Source: Heptranchias perlo | Lineage: Eukaryota | Direction of reading: 5' to 3' | Assembly (NCBI RefSeq): GCF_035084215.1 | Contig: NC_090335.1 | Span: 7,998,001 to 8,062,000 of the forward strand | Length of the DNA stretch: 64,000 bases | Notes under the pieces: generated by a model | Database searches by the model: none | What the model saw: the letters and a program-made list of their open reading frames with translations, nothing else | Told to the model about the DNA's origin: nothing | In this document: piece by piece, positions 21,163 through 32,588 of the stretch | Numbering within the stretch: position 1 is the first letter of the stretch | Layout of the letters: the number at the start of each line of letters is the position of its first letter | Translations under genes and position numbers: made by a program

Positions 21163-24100
21163 AGTCAGCACAGTGGGATAATTTACAACGAGGATATAAG
21201 GGCAGAGATGCTGACGTGTAGAAGAACACAGCCAAATAGGATAAAGATAGACCATGCTCCCTCCTGAAAGTAAGAGCTCTCAAGGGGACGGTCGGAGGTC
21301 CATTACCCAGGCATCCCATAGATCAATTTTGGGTCTGGGATGGTAAAACCAGGTTGTATTCATTGCTTGTCATTTAATGTAATCTGAAGACAGTTATATT
21401 ATAACAATAACACTGTGTGAGTCAATCTATTAAAGTTTGTTATTTTATAACCACTTGGGCTTGTATCACGGGGCAGTTATTGTTCAAGAATTAACAACCC
21501 TTTGAAGCGACAGTAATAGGAAAATCTGCGAACAAATGGCATCCCTGGGTGGGCCCGAGTTTTAAAGCTTTAAAGTAGCTATTGTTAAGAGATTGACTGA
21601 ATAATTCCAAAAAGATGCGGAGGAGGAATAAGTAGTTGGAAGCCGGGGAAAGGTAGCCAAGCCCGTGAGACGAGACGGGAAGGAGGAATAGGTGGTTGTG
21701 ATCGACTGGGCTAAAGGTAGCCACCCCTCAAACCCATAAGAGAATAAACCATGGTGAGTGCAACGGATGGTTCATGTTCGACAATCTACACATACGTGGA
21801 AAAGTCATTCGGGTCATGCATGCCGTTGAGAGAAGAGGAAAGAAATTGTGCAGGAGGACGAGGAGTTAAAATGAATCCTTTCACAGCAGAGAGAGGCTGT
21901 AAAGGAATTATGTAAAAATCAGATGCAAAGTATATCCAGGAGAACATAGGAACTTGTACAGTATTAGTTAAAATCTGTCAGACTTCGTGTGAGGCGGAGA
22001 CTAAGAGGAAGAAACTGGTAAAGGTGAAGAAAATTAAAGAGAAGGATTAGAAAGCGGGAATCTTGTTGTTACAGCCTCAAGAGTTAGGGAGGCTGAGAGA
22101 GGAAGGTGAAATTCGGAAGGTAGGTTGAAAGATCAGGAAGAAAGAAGAAGAAAAAGATGGAGGGACCTTCACCACACCAGGCTTGAGGACACAGACTGTG
22201 AGCTTGAGACTTTGAGTTGGTACAGAATGGAGTTCAGCCACAAACACCGGTAATTGGAATTTGGTTGAAGTAAAAAAAAAAGGGTATTCTATGATGGAAT
22301 CATGAAGGAGAAAGGGAGAGGATCACAAGGTATAGAATGTGTTCTTTTGTTTTCAGTGTACCGTCTCTTTAAAAAGCTTGTCCACAATGTGAGTGCTTTT
22401 TTTTCGCTTCAATTTCGCTTTAATTAATTGGACATTTCCCGATAGTGACAGAATGAAATCATGAAATCAGGAATATACAAATTAACCCCTTGGGCTCTCA
22501 AGAAGAGCCACGATGGATTTTCTGTGTTTCCGTTTAAACAGGGGATATAGTTTTCGGGACGGCATGAGTGTTGATGGTGCTGGATTACCAAGAGTAGTTC
22601 GTTGACATAAAAGGGGCTTCACAAAGTTAGGGAGCAACCATTACTGGAAAAGTGTTGGTGCAGGAAGTGATCCAGTGGTGTTAAGAATTTAAGACCTTAT
22701 CTGCAGACATCGGCAGATATCAAATCTCACAGCATGGTGATGTTTTGCACTAAGGCTTAAGACTTGGGAATTTTGAAAATTCAAAATTACATAGAGAAGG
22801 AAAAGCAGGCATCAGCCTTGATCAAATTTCTTCTATACTTAACTAAGAATATACCAAGTTGCTTTTCCCCTTTTAAAAACGTTCTGATTTCTTTTGGTTT
22901 AACCCATTTATTTTGCAAGACCGAGTGCTTATAGATGGGGGTGAGGGGTGGTGGGGGGGGGGGGTGCTGGGGGAGATAAATCCAAAAGTAATTAAAAGCA
23001 CTTCTGTCTCTACTGTAAAATCTGGACATAATTGATTCTGAAATTGGAACTGATAAGATAAATTGCGAGAAGTTGTGGTTCAAGCACTTGAGAAGGTAAA
23101 ATTTACTTGTAAATTAAGAGGATAATCAAATTATATTTTAAAATAAAAGGAGTCCAGTCTAAATGGTTCCTGTCCAATGCTGTGAATCGAGGAAGAAAGT
23201 ATTTTGGGGGGGACGTAATATTGTACGTTGACAGGTCTATAGAGATGGTGGATGCATCGGTTGGCATCTTCCAAAATTCTATCGATTCTGGAATGGTTCC
23301 TACAGATTGGAGGGTAGCAAATGTAACCCCACTATTTAAGAAAGGAGGGGGAGGGAAAACAGGAAACTATAGGCCTATTAGCCTGACATCAGTAGTAGGG
23401 TGAATGCTAGAATCTATTATAAAGGCTGTGATAGCAGGACACTTGGAAAATAATAATAGGATTTGGCAGAGTCAACATGGATTTATGAAAGGGAAATCAT
23501 GTTTGACAAACCTATTGGAGTTCTTTGAGAATGTAACTAGTAGAATAGATAAGGGGGAACCAGTGGATGTGGTGTATTTGGATTTTTCAGAAGGCTTTCA
23601 ATAAGGTCCCACACAGGAGGTTGGTGAATGAAGTTAGAGCAGATGGAATTGGGGGTAATATACTGGCATGGATTGAGAATTGGTTAACAGACAGAAAACA
23701 GAGAGTAGGAATAAATGGCTCTTTTTCAGGTTGGCAGACTGTGACTAGTGAGGTACCGCAGGGATCAGTGCTTGGGCCCCAGCTATTCACAATCGATATC
23801 ACTGATTTGGATGAGGGGACCAAATGTAATATTTCCAAGTTTGCTGATGACACAAAACTAGGTGGGAATGTGAGTTGTGAGGAGGATGCAAAAAGGCTTC
23901 AAGGGGATATAGACAAAAAGGCTTCAAGGGGATATAAATGAGTGGGCAAAAACATGGCAGATGGAATATAATGTGGAAAAATGAGAAGTTATCCACTTTT
24001 GTAGGAAAAACAGAAATGCAGAGTATTTTTTAAATGGTGAGAGATTGGGAAATTTTGATGTTCAAAGGGACCTGGGTGTCCTTGTACATGAGTCACTGAA

Positions 24101-24875
24101 AGCTAGCATGCAGGTGCAGCAAGCAATTAGGAAGGCAAATGGTATGTTGGCCTTTATTACAAGAGGATTTGAGTACAGGAGTTAAGATGTCTTACTGCAA
24201 TTATATAGGGCCTTGGTGAGACCGCACCTGGAGTATTGTGTACAATTTTTGTCTCCTTACCTAAGAAAGGATATGCTTGCCATAGAGGGAGTACACGAAG
24301 GTTTCTCCACAGTGATTCCTGGGATGGCAGGATTGTCGTATGAGGAGAGATTGAGTAGACTAGGCCTGTATTCTCTTGAGTTTAGAAGAATGAGAGGTGA
24401 TCTCATTGAAATATACAAAATTCTTATAGGGCTCGACAGGGTAGATGCAAGGAGGATGTTTCCCATGGCTGGGGAATCTAGAACTAGGGGTCACAGTCTC
24501 AGAATAATGGGTAGGCCATTTAGGACTGAGATGAGGAGAAATTTCTTCACTCAGAGAGTGGTGAATCTTTGGAATTCTCTACCCCAGAGGGCTGTGGAGG
24601 CTCAGTCATTGAGTACATTCAAAACAGAGATCGATAGATTTCTCGATATTAAAGGCATCAAGGGATATGGGGATGGTGCTGGAAAATGGTGTTGAGGTAG
24701 AAGATCAGCCATGATCTTTTTGAATGGTGGAGCAAGCTCGAGGGGCTAAATGGCCTACTCCTGCTCCTATTTCTTATGTTCTTATGTTCTTAGTTTGAGT
24801 CAGTCCAACACTAATGCTTTCTGGAATTGGGATAATTCTGAAATGATGGAATAGACTCAGGCATAATGTAGCAGT
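21163..24875 (+). mobile_element. ERV relic copy b (partial LTR, PBS 21537-21554, gag-like, PR-RT deleted, tether, RNase H split by CR1)
   Basis: AACA-AA-TGGCATCCCTGGGTGGGC; colinear with the other copies except a deletion near 22410; LYVDRS at about 23221. Confidence 0.8.
23238..24792 (+). mobile_element. 5'-truncated CR1 LINE (RT)
   Basis: [52 protein letters not shown]; tail (TTCTTATG)n. Confidence 0.95.
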
Positions 24876-25068
24876 AGTTGGATAAAATGAAGAACATGCG
24901 TTAAAGGGGCAGTATTTGCCTGGAAAGTAAGTGATTAAGTGAGAAGGGTGCTGAACAGGAACTGCCAAGGTTGCTTGATAAGTTAAAGGAAAGCTACCTG
25001 ACTGTCATGGAATGCAGCAATGTTTACGGAAAGTGCTTTGGCATTTGTTTCACAGCCAGAAGTAACCC

Positions 25069-25143
25069 ACACCCAGATGGGACTGTGAACCTGCAACCAC
25101 CTGGCTTAGGAGGCTAGTGCCTGATCCATTAAGCCACTGGGGC
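25069..25143 (-). pseudogene. tRNA-Arg(CCT) pseudogene
   Basis: Loop CTCCTAA retained; indels in the T-arm. Confidence 0.75.
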
Positions 25144-25498
25144 TATATGAGATTGGTGCTTGTAACCTGCCCCTTTGTCTCTATCTAATCACTGCCAAAT
25201 TTGATGCCTTTTTATGGGCCATCCCTTTCTTTTAATACACAATCACATTGTGTCAATTCCAAAGATCCCAGTAATGACGTAACAGGACCTGACTTGCTTT
25301 TGCACATTAGGCATTAGTACAGTTGAGCGCTGGGCAAAATGTTGATCGTGAAAAGCAAGTGGCTTTGTAGATGTTTCCTACCTTGCCCTGGGTTTAAGTT
25401 TCATAGATTTGCAAGGCATCACTCAGGAGTGAAGCTATTTGCTATCTCTGTATTTCAGAGCTAGTTTTCACAGAATGAAGTTGATTTAAAACCACAAT

Positions 25499-25542
25499 CA
25501 CCCCAGATGGGGCTAGTGCCTTATCCATTAGGCCAGTGGAGC
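25499..25542 (-). pseudogene. Internally deleted tRNA-Arg pseudogene
   Basis: CACCCCAGATGGG joined directly to GCTAGTGCCTTATCCATTAGGCCA. Confidence 0.7.
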
Positions 25543-26622
25543 CAAATGAGCATATTAGCCGCCTTGATGTACTTGGTCATTGCTCAACATTCTCACTAAA
25601 TTCTCCTAACCGCTCACTTTGATTTCATCAACCAATCATCGACCAATTCCACATATTTTAGCTATGATTGGTAGTCGTGAGCACATTTGATTTCCTGAAG
25701 CCTCATGCTAAATGATCCATTTTACTATCTTGGAAATGTCACTGCCTATCATTAGGAATCAAGTTTACAAATCTTTCCTTCAGCATGCTGCCCTTCAATT
25801 TGACAAGCACCGCTATGTTGATTAGGCTTCTATTGCTGGATATATGCTCTGACTTACAATGGACCTTGATATTTGGTGACAACTGTTAATGGGCTGGGGA
25901 CTCCTTCAGAGATTCGCGAGTGTTCGTAAGGGTTCAACAAGCGAATGATGTCAATCATCGTCAAATACATCATTATGTTACTTCCACATCATGAAGGTGA
26001 AGGCATTCGATGCCGCAGTGGGTCTCAAGAAATCTGTATGATTGAAGCTTGATTATTGTCAATCTGCTCACTGTATCTGTTCACTACCTCCCCTGTCTGA
26101 GAGGAGCTAACCTCAGCTCACAGCAGGTATTGAGCCTGGCAACTGCCTGGCCTGTGCAGCTCAGTACCCCAGCACACTGTGCATTTGCCTGCTGAGTATT
26201 TTTGTAACGTGGTAGCCCAGAGAGCATTTGAAGCTAGAATTTTCCAGCTTGGAGGAAGAGTTAGTGATGTATTTGGCCACTGATTGAATCGGATAACATG
26301 AATCGTACATATAATGTAATTGGGTGTCGACATTTCAAAGTAGCAACTGTGCCTGGGATGTTGGGTAAAATGAAGAAAGGAGGTTGAGGGGCATTAGCTG
26401 CCTGGAAAGTGCAGGTGGCATTGTTCCCTGAGTATTGGGATGGCGCACAGCTTGATGGAAGCGTTGCATTGGTTTGTGCTACTGAAGTGTGAGTGGCGGA
26501 GTGAGAAGGGTGCTGGACATGAATTTCCCAAATTGGTTGATAAATTAAAAGTAAAGCTTCCTGACGGTGGCAATGTTTACAGTAGGTGTTTTCTTATTTG
26601 TTGTAGAATTAGAATTTACTCC

Positions 26623-26688
26623 AGCACCAGAAAGGACTTGAACCCATAATCCATGAGGCCAGTATTTTATCCATTAAGCTACTGGGGC
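26623..26688 (-). pseudogene. tRNA-Arg pseudogene (anticodon-arm deletion)
   Basis: GGACTTGAACCCATAATCC..GAGGCCAGT..TTATCCATTAAGCTACTGGGGC; identical copy at 37088. Confidence 0.7.
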
Positions 26689-27058
26689 CCTATGAATGTG
26701 CTTGGTGCTTGCAACTTGCACCTTTGTCTCTATCTAGTCACTGCCAAATTTGATCCTTTTTTTGGGCCGATCCTTTCTTTTCATACACAATCACATTGTA
26801 TCAGTTCCAAAGATCCCAGCAATGACGTGACAGGATCTGACTTGCTTTTGAATGTCAGCAATTGGCACAGTTGAGTGCTGGGCAAAATGTTGATTGTATG
26901 TGGAAAGCAAATTGCTTTGTAGATGTTTCCTTGCTTGCCCTGGGTATAAGTTTCAATGATTTGCAAGATCCTGACTGAAGTTATTTGATCTCTGTGTATT
27001 TGAGCAATGAGGACAATGAGCTAGTTTTCACAGAACAAAGTTGATTTAAAACCAAGCT

Positions 27059-27131
27059 CCCTCCAGATGGGACTTGAACTTACAATTCTTGGCTTAGAAG
27101 GTCAGTGCCTTGTCCATTAGGCCACTAGCAG
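27059..27131 (-). pseudogene. tRNA-Arg pseudogene with TCT anticodon
   Basis: Loop CT-TCT-AA; acceptor and T stems mismatched. Confidence 0.7.
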
Positions 27132-28126
27132 CAACAAACTTCATACACTTGGTCATTGCTCTACATTCTCACTATATTCTACCTGTCCTTGTGGCCACTC
27201 ACTTTGTTTTCATCGACATCGCTACCAATTCCACACACTTTAGCAGTGATTGGTAGTTGTTGTGAGCTCATTTGATTTCCTGAAGCCCCATGCTAAATTA
27301 TACATTTTACTATCTCAGAAATGTCACTGCCTATCATTAGGAAGCAGGTTTACAAATCTTTCCTTCAGCATGATGCCCTTCAATTTGACAAGCACCGCTA
27401 TGTTGATTAGGCTTCTATTGCTGGATATATGCTCTGACTTACAATGGACCTTGATATTTGGTAACAACTATTAGCGGGCTTGGGACTCCAACAGAAATTC
27501 GCGGGTGTCCGTAAGGGTTCAAAAATACAAGACAATGATGTTAATCATCGTCAAAAACATCATTATGTCACCTACTCATCATGAAGGTGAAGGCATTCGA
27601 TGCCTCAGTGCACATGTGAGTCTCAAGAAATCTGTTTGATTGAAGCTTGATTATTGTCAATCTGCTCACTGTATCTGTTCACTACCTCCCTGGCTGAGAG
27701 GAGCTAACCTCAGCTCACAGCAGGTATTGAGCCTGGCAACTGCCTGGCCTGTGCAGCTCAGTACCCCAGCACACTGTCCATTTACCTGCTGAGTATTTTT
27801 GTAATGTGGTAGCCCAGAGAGCATTTGAAGCTAGAATTTTCCAGCTTGGAGGAAGAGCGTGCTCTGTATTTGGACATTGAATCTGATAACCTGAATCGTA
27901 CATGTAATGTAATTGGGTGTCGATATTTCAAAGTAGCAGCTGTGCCTGGGATGTTGGGAAAATTTGCGTTAAAGGGGCAGTACTTGCCTGGGAAGTACAG
28001 GTGACATTGTTCCCTTAGTTTTTGGGATGGTGCACAGCTTGGTGGAAACGTTGCATTCATTTTTGCCACTGGAATGCAAGCAACAGAGTGAGAAGGGTGC
28101 CAAACAGGAACTGCCTAGATTGGTTG

Positions 28127-28872
28127 TGTAAGGACATGGTTTGAAACAAGCATAGACAAGAATAGCACCAAGCATTGCAGCAAGAGGGTGGATGTTAAAG
28201 GGGGGGCAAAGTTCAGCAGCTTTATGAGAAAGATAAAATACAGAATCCCAAGAGGTCATTGAAAGAATGCTGAGGCATTAGAGTGATGAAAACAACCAAA
28301 GTCAGGAGACAGTTTGTACCAGATATTTGCTAAGAAACCACATACTCTAAGACCTGATAACAGTGAAAGGGCTACTTAAACAGTCGACATGATGAGGCCG
28401 TACACCATGAGTGAATCCACACTAACCATTATCGGATGTTTATACAACAGAGGTAAGGGATGAGACAGCCATGGCTCATGTTTGGTTGTTTTCACGGAGT
28501 CAGCACAATGGGATGGTTCACAACCAGGAGATAAGGACAAAGTTAATACCGTACAGAACAACGCAGCCAAATAGTATCAAGATAGACCATGCTCCCTCCC
28601 AAGAGTTCGAGCTCTCGTGAGGACGGTCGGAGGTCCATTACCCAGGCATCCCACAGAGGTCAGATTTAATCAATTTTGAGTCCGGGGAAGTAAAACCAGG
28701 TTGTATTGATTGCTTGTCATTTAATGTAATCTAAAGACAGTTGTATAATACTGTGTGAGTCAATCCATTAAAGTTTGTTATTTTATAACCACTCAGGCAT
28801 GTATCACGTGGCAGTTATTGTTGAAGGATTAACAACCCTTTGAAGCGACAGTAACGGGAAAATCTACAAACA
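28127..28872 (+). mobile_element. LTR of the ERV relic (about 750 bp)
   Basis: TG...CA termini (TGTAAGG...AAACA); TATA-like motif (TAGTATAAGATAG in the 38971 copy); ATTAAA at about 28767; followed by AA and the PBS; full copies also at 38526, 50679, 62691. Confidence 0.8.
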
Positions 28873-30165
28873 AATGGCATCCTTGGGTGGGACAAAGTTT
28901 TAAAGGTTTAAAGTAGCTAATGTTAAGAGATTGATTGTAATTCTGACAATAAAGCGAGGAGGAATAAATAGATGGAGGCTAAAGAAAGGTAGATGACCCA
29001 CTCAAGCCCATGCGATGAGACGGGGAGGAAGATTAGGTGGTTGTGATCGACTGAGCTAAAGGTAGCCACCCCTCAAGTCTATAAGAGAATAAACCATGTC
29101 GAGTGCACCGGATGGTTTATGTTCAACAATCCACACATACATAGAACAGTCATTCAGGCCATGCATGCCGTTGAGAGAAGCGGAAAGAAATTGTGAGGGA
29201 GGACGATGAGTTAAAATGAATCCTTTCACAGCAGAGAGAGGCTGTAAAAGAATTATGTAAAAATCAGATGCAAAGCATATCCAGGAGAACAAAGGAACTT
29301 GTACAGTATCAGTTAAAATCTGTCAGACTTAGTGGGAGCTGGAGACTAAGATGAAGGAACTGGTAAAGGTGAAGAAAATTAAAGAGGAGGATTGGAAATC
29401 GGGAGTCTTGTTGTTTCCACCACAAGAATTACAGATGTTGAGAGAGGAAGATGAAATTCGGAAGGATACGTTGGAAGATAAGGAAGAAAGAAGAAGAAAA
29501 AGAAAGATGGAGGGACCTTCACCACACCAGGCTGGAGGACACGGACTGTGAGTTTGAGACTTTGAGGCGGTACAGAATGGAGTTAAGTCGCAAGCATCAG
29601 AAATTGAAATGCATTTGAAGTAAAAAAAAGGGTAATCAATGATGGAATCAACGAGGAGAAAGGGAAAGTTTCACAAGCTGCAGGATGTGTTACTTTGTTC
29701 TCAGTGTACTGTCTCTTTAAAAAGCCTGTCCTCACTGTGAGTGCTTTCTTTTAACTGTTGCGGGCTATGGCCCCTTTTTAATGCTTGTTATGTGTTTTCC
29801 TCTTTTGTGTAATGATACAAAGATTTTGATCAGCTCTGAAAGCAGATATTTCCGGTATTTTTGCAGTTTTTGGAAAGCTGTGCCTGTAGAACGAACAAAA
29901 TGAAAAACGACGTAATTTACTGGCTTTTAGTAAGCATGTGCTATATTAATAATTTTATCTGTTCTGTCTTGTGTTTAACTTTGAAATTGTTTAATTAAAA
30001 TTGGAGTTATTGAGGTTAACTAAACTATCAAATTGTCAAAACCAGACTTTTATTGTGGCCATAGTGAAATTCTGGTTCTTATAAATTTAAATGTGAGTGT
30101 CTCAAATTCCAGACTTGAGATTATCACAAAGGAAAATTGATATTTTGAATTTGTTAAATGCTCAA

Positions 30166-30695
30166 TGTGTTGAGTATTGGTGAGTGTGAATTGATCTGAT
30201 TGAAGTTGTGTTGAGTATTGGTGAGTGTGAATTGATCTGATTGAAGTTGTGTTGAGTATTGGTGAGTGTGAATTTATCTGATTGAAGTTGTGTTGAGTAT
30301 TGGTGAGTGTGAATTGATCTGATTGTGGAGTTGTGTTGAGTATTGGTGAGTGTGAATTGATCTGATTGAAGTTGTGTTGAGTATTGGTGAGTGTGAATTG
30401 ATCTATTTGGAGTTGTGTTGAGTATTGGTGAGTGTGAATTGATCTGATTGAAGTTGTGTTGAGTATTGGTGAGTGTGAATTGATCTATTTGGAGTTGTGT
30501 TGAGTATTGGTGAGTGTGAATTGATCTGATTGAAGTTGTGTTGAGTATTGGTGAGTGTGAATTGATCTGATTGTGGAGTTGTGTTGAGTATTGGTGAGTG
30601 TGAATTGATCTGATTGTGGAGTTGTGTTGAGTATTGGTGAGTGTGAATTGATCTGATTGAAGTTGTGTTGAGTATTGGTGAGTGTGAATTGATCT
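30166..30695. repeat. 41-43 bp minisatellite GTTGTGTTGAGTATTGGTGAGTGTGAATTGATCTGATTGAA, 13 copies
   Basis: Counted directly; head-to-tail with no unique spacers. Confidence 0.97.
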
Positions 30696-32299
30696 ATAAG
30701 GAGTTAATGTGTGTAACTGTAATCGAAGAACGATATCTTGTTTTCTAGTAGAGGATATCAATTTTGAAAATTTTGAGATAATCATCTTGGTTGTACTGGA
30801 ATGTGATAACTGTTAGCAAACTGACAGCATCCCTTTAATCTTGTGATTGGCTGCGGTCAGAAAATATGACCGAACAAAGAAAAAGATTAACTAACGGATC
30901 TCGTTTCTCTATGAGAAGAATTGGGAAATGTCGTGTCGTTGGATTATATAAGAGTTAATAGATTTTGGACACCTCTTAAATAAATGCTAAATGCTTTAAC
31001 AACAATTGGGATTTAATCTGCAATGACTGTGGATAAAAAGGCCAGGCCCAAGTATGTCTCTTTAAAAAAAAAACTGGTATGAATGAACTGAAATGCTATC
31101 CCCGACACAAAAGGTTTATTTTAAATTGATGTGAAAGCTACGTTGACGTGCACTGACTCACGCTGCGTGAGTCTGATGATATCTGGCTCCGTTGTTTTGT
31201 TTCTGCAAAGAAGTTAAGCCCTTCCAAGGACATCAACATCTGTTTTAATTCACCAAGCAACAACCTTTGCATTTATTTAAAATAATTGGCATAATTTAAT
31301 TGGATATTTCCCCACGGTGACACAATGAAATCATGACATCATGAATCAACAAATTAACCCCTTGGGCTCTCAAGAAGAGCCATGATGGATTTTCCTACTT
31401 TCTTTTTAAACAGGAGATATGAATTTTGGGACAGCATGAGTGTTGATGGTGCAGGATTACCAAGAGTAGTTCTTTGACACTTTTCTCTACCCCAGAGGGC
31501 TGTGGATGCTGAGTCGTTGAATATATTCAAGGCTGAGACAGACAGATATCTGGAGTCTAGGGGAATCAAGTTGCTTTTCCTCTTTTGAAAACGTTTTGAT
31601 TTGTTTTGCTTTCACTCATTTATTTTCCGAGACAGCGTGCTTATAGGGTGGGTGGGTTGGGGGGGGCGGGGGGTGAATCGGAGGGGGGAGATATACCAAA
31701 AGTAATTACAAGCATTTCTGCCTCTACTGTAAAATCACAAAGCCTGGACATAATTAGCTTCACAAATTGGAATTCCTAAGATAAGTTGATAGGAGTTGTG
31801 GTTCAAGCACCTGAGAAGGTAAAATTTACCTGTAGTTTAAGGGGATAATCAAATTATATTTTTAAATAAAAGGAGTCCAGTCTAAATGGTTCCTGTCCAA
31901 TTCTGTGAATCAAGGAAGAAAGTATTTTGGGGGGGAGAATAACACTGTACGTTGTCAAGTCCTGTCAGTCCAACAATAATACTGTCAGGATTTGGGATAA
32001 TTCTGAAATGGTGGCATGGTCTCAGGCACAATGTAGCGAGTTGTTGGGTAAAAGGAAGACATGCGTTAAAGGGGCAGTATTTTCCTGGAAAGTGTAGGTG
32101 ACATTTTTCCCTGAGTGTTGGGAAGGCGTACAGCTTGGTAAAAGCTTCACGTTGGTTTGTGCCACATTGGCAAGTGACAGAGTGAGAAGGATCGATGGCT
32201 GAACAGCCTAGATTGCTTGATATGTTAAAGGACTGTCACAGAATGCAGCAATGTTTACGAAAGGTGCTCTGGCATTTGTTTCACAGCCAAAAGTGACCT

Positions 32300-32372
32300 C
32301 ACCCCAGATGTGAATTGAACCCACAATCCCTGGCTTAGGAAGCCAGTACCTTATCCATTAGGCCACTGGGGC
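32300..32372 (-). tRNA. tRNA-Arg(CCT), near-intact (possibly a pseudogene)
   Basis: GCCCCAGTGGCCTAATGGATAAGGTACTGGCTTCCTAAGCCAGGGATTGTGGGTTCAATTCACATCTGGGGTG; a single G-A mismatch in the T-stem; TTTT downstream. Confidence 0.6.
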
Positions 32373-32588
32373 ACTATGCAATAGGTGCTTGCTACTTTCC
32401 CCTTTGACTATATGTAATCAATGCCAAATTGGATGCCTTTTTATGGGCCGCTCCTTTCTTTTTATCGACAACCACATTGTACCAATTCCAAAGATCCCAG
32501 TAATGATGTGAAAGTATCTGACTTGCCTTTGCCCATTAGCAATTGGTACAGTTGAAAGAGCTGGTTTTCACAGAATGAAGTTGATTGA

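Larger units (their letters stand above)
28127..32042 (+). mobile_element. ERV relic copy c (LTR, PBS, gag-like, PR, minisatellite, RT, tether, RNase H start)
   Basis: PBS 28875-28892; GKCRV-LDYIRVN at about 30923; SYVD at about 31136; RNase H-like GFGIILK at about 31988. Confidence 0.82.

Noticed and set aside
22936-22975. Variable G-tracts between tether and RNase H (also about 13350, 31645, 41885, 53863) as a PPT or G-quadruplex
   Set aside because: No LTR follows, and length and sequence vary freely among copies, consistent with slippage
26440-26649. Recurring small ORFs in the tRNA flank (MAHSL.EA.HWFV…, PVQHPSHSV…)
   Set aside because: Frames and stops differ among copies; the identical pair reflects nucleotide identity, not coding constraint
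30166-30695. Regular ~41-bp repeats suggesting a CRISPR array, and the 207-aa ORF across them
   Set aside because: Units are head-to-tail with no unique spacers, there are no cas genes, and the context is vertebrate; the ORF is a repeat artefact
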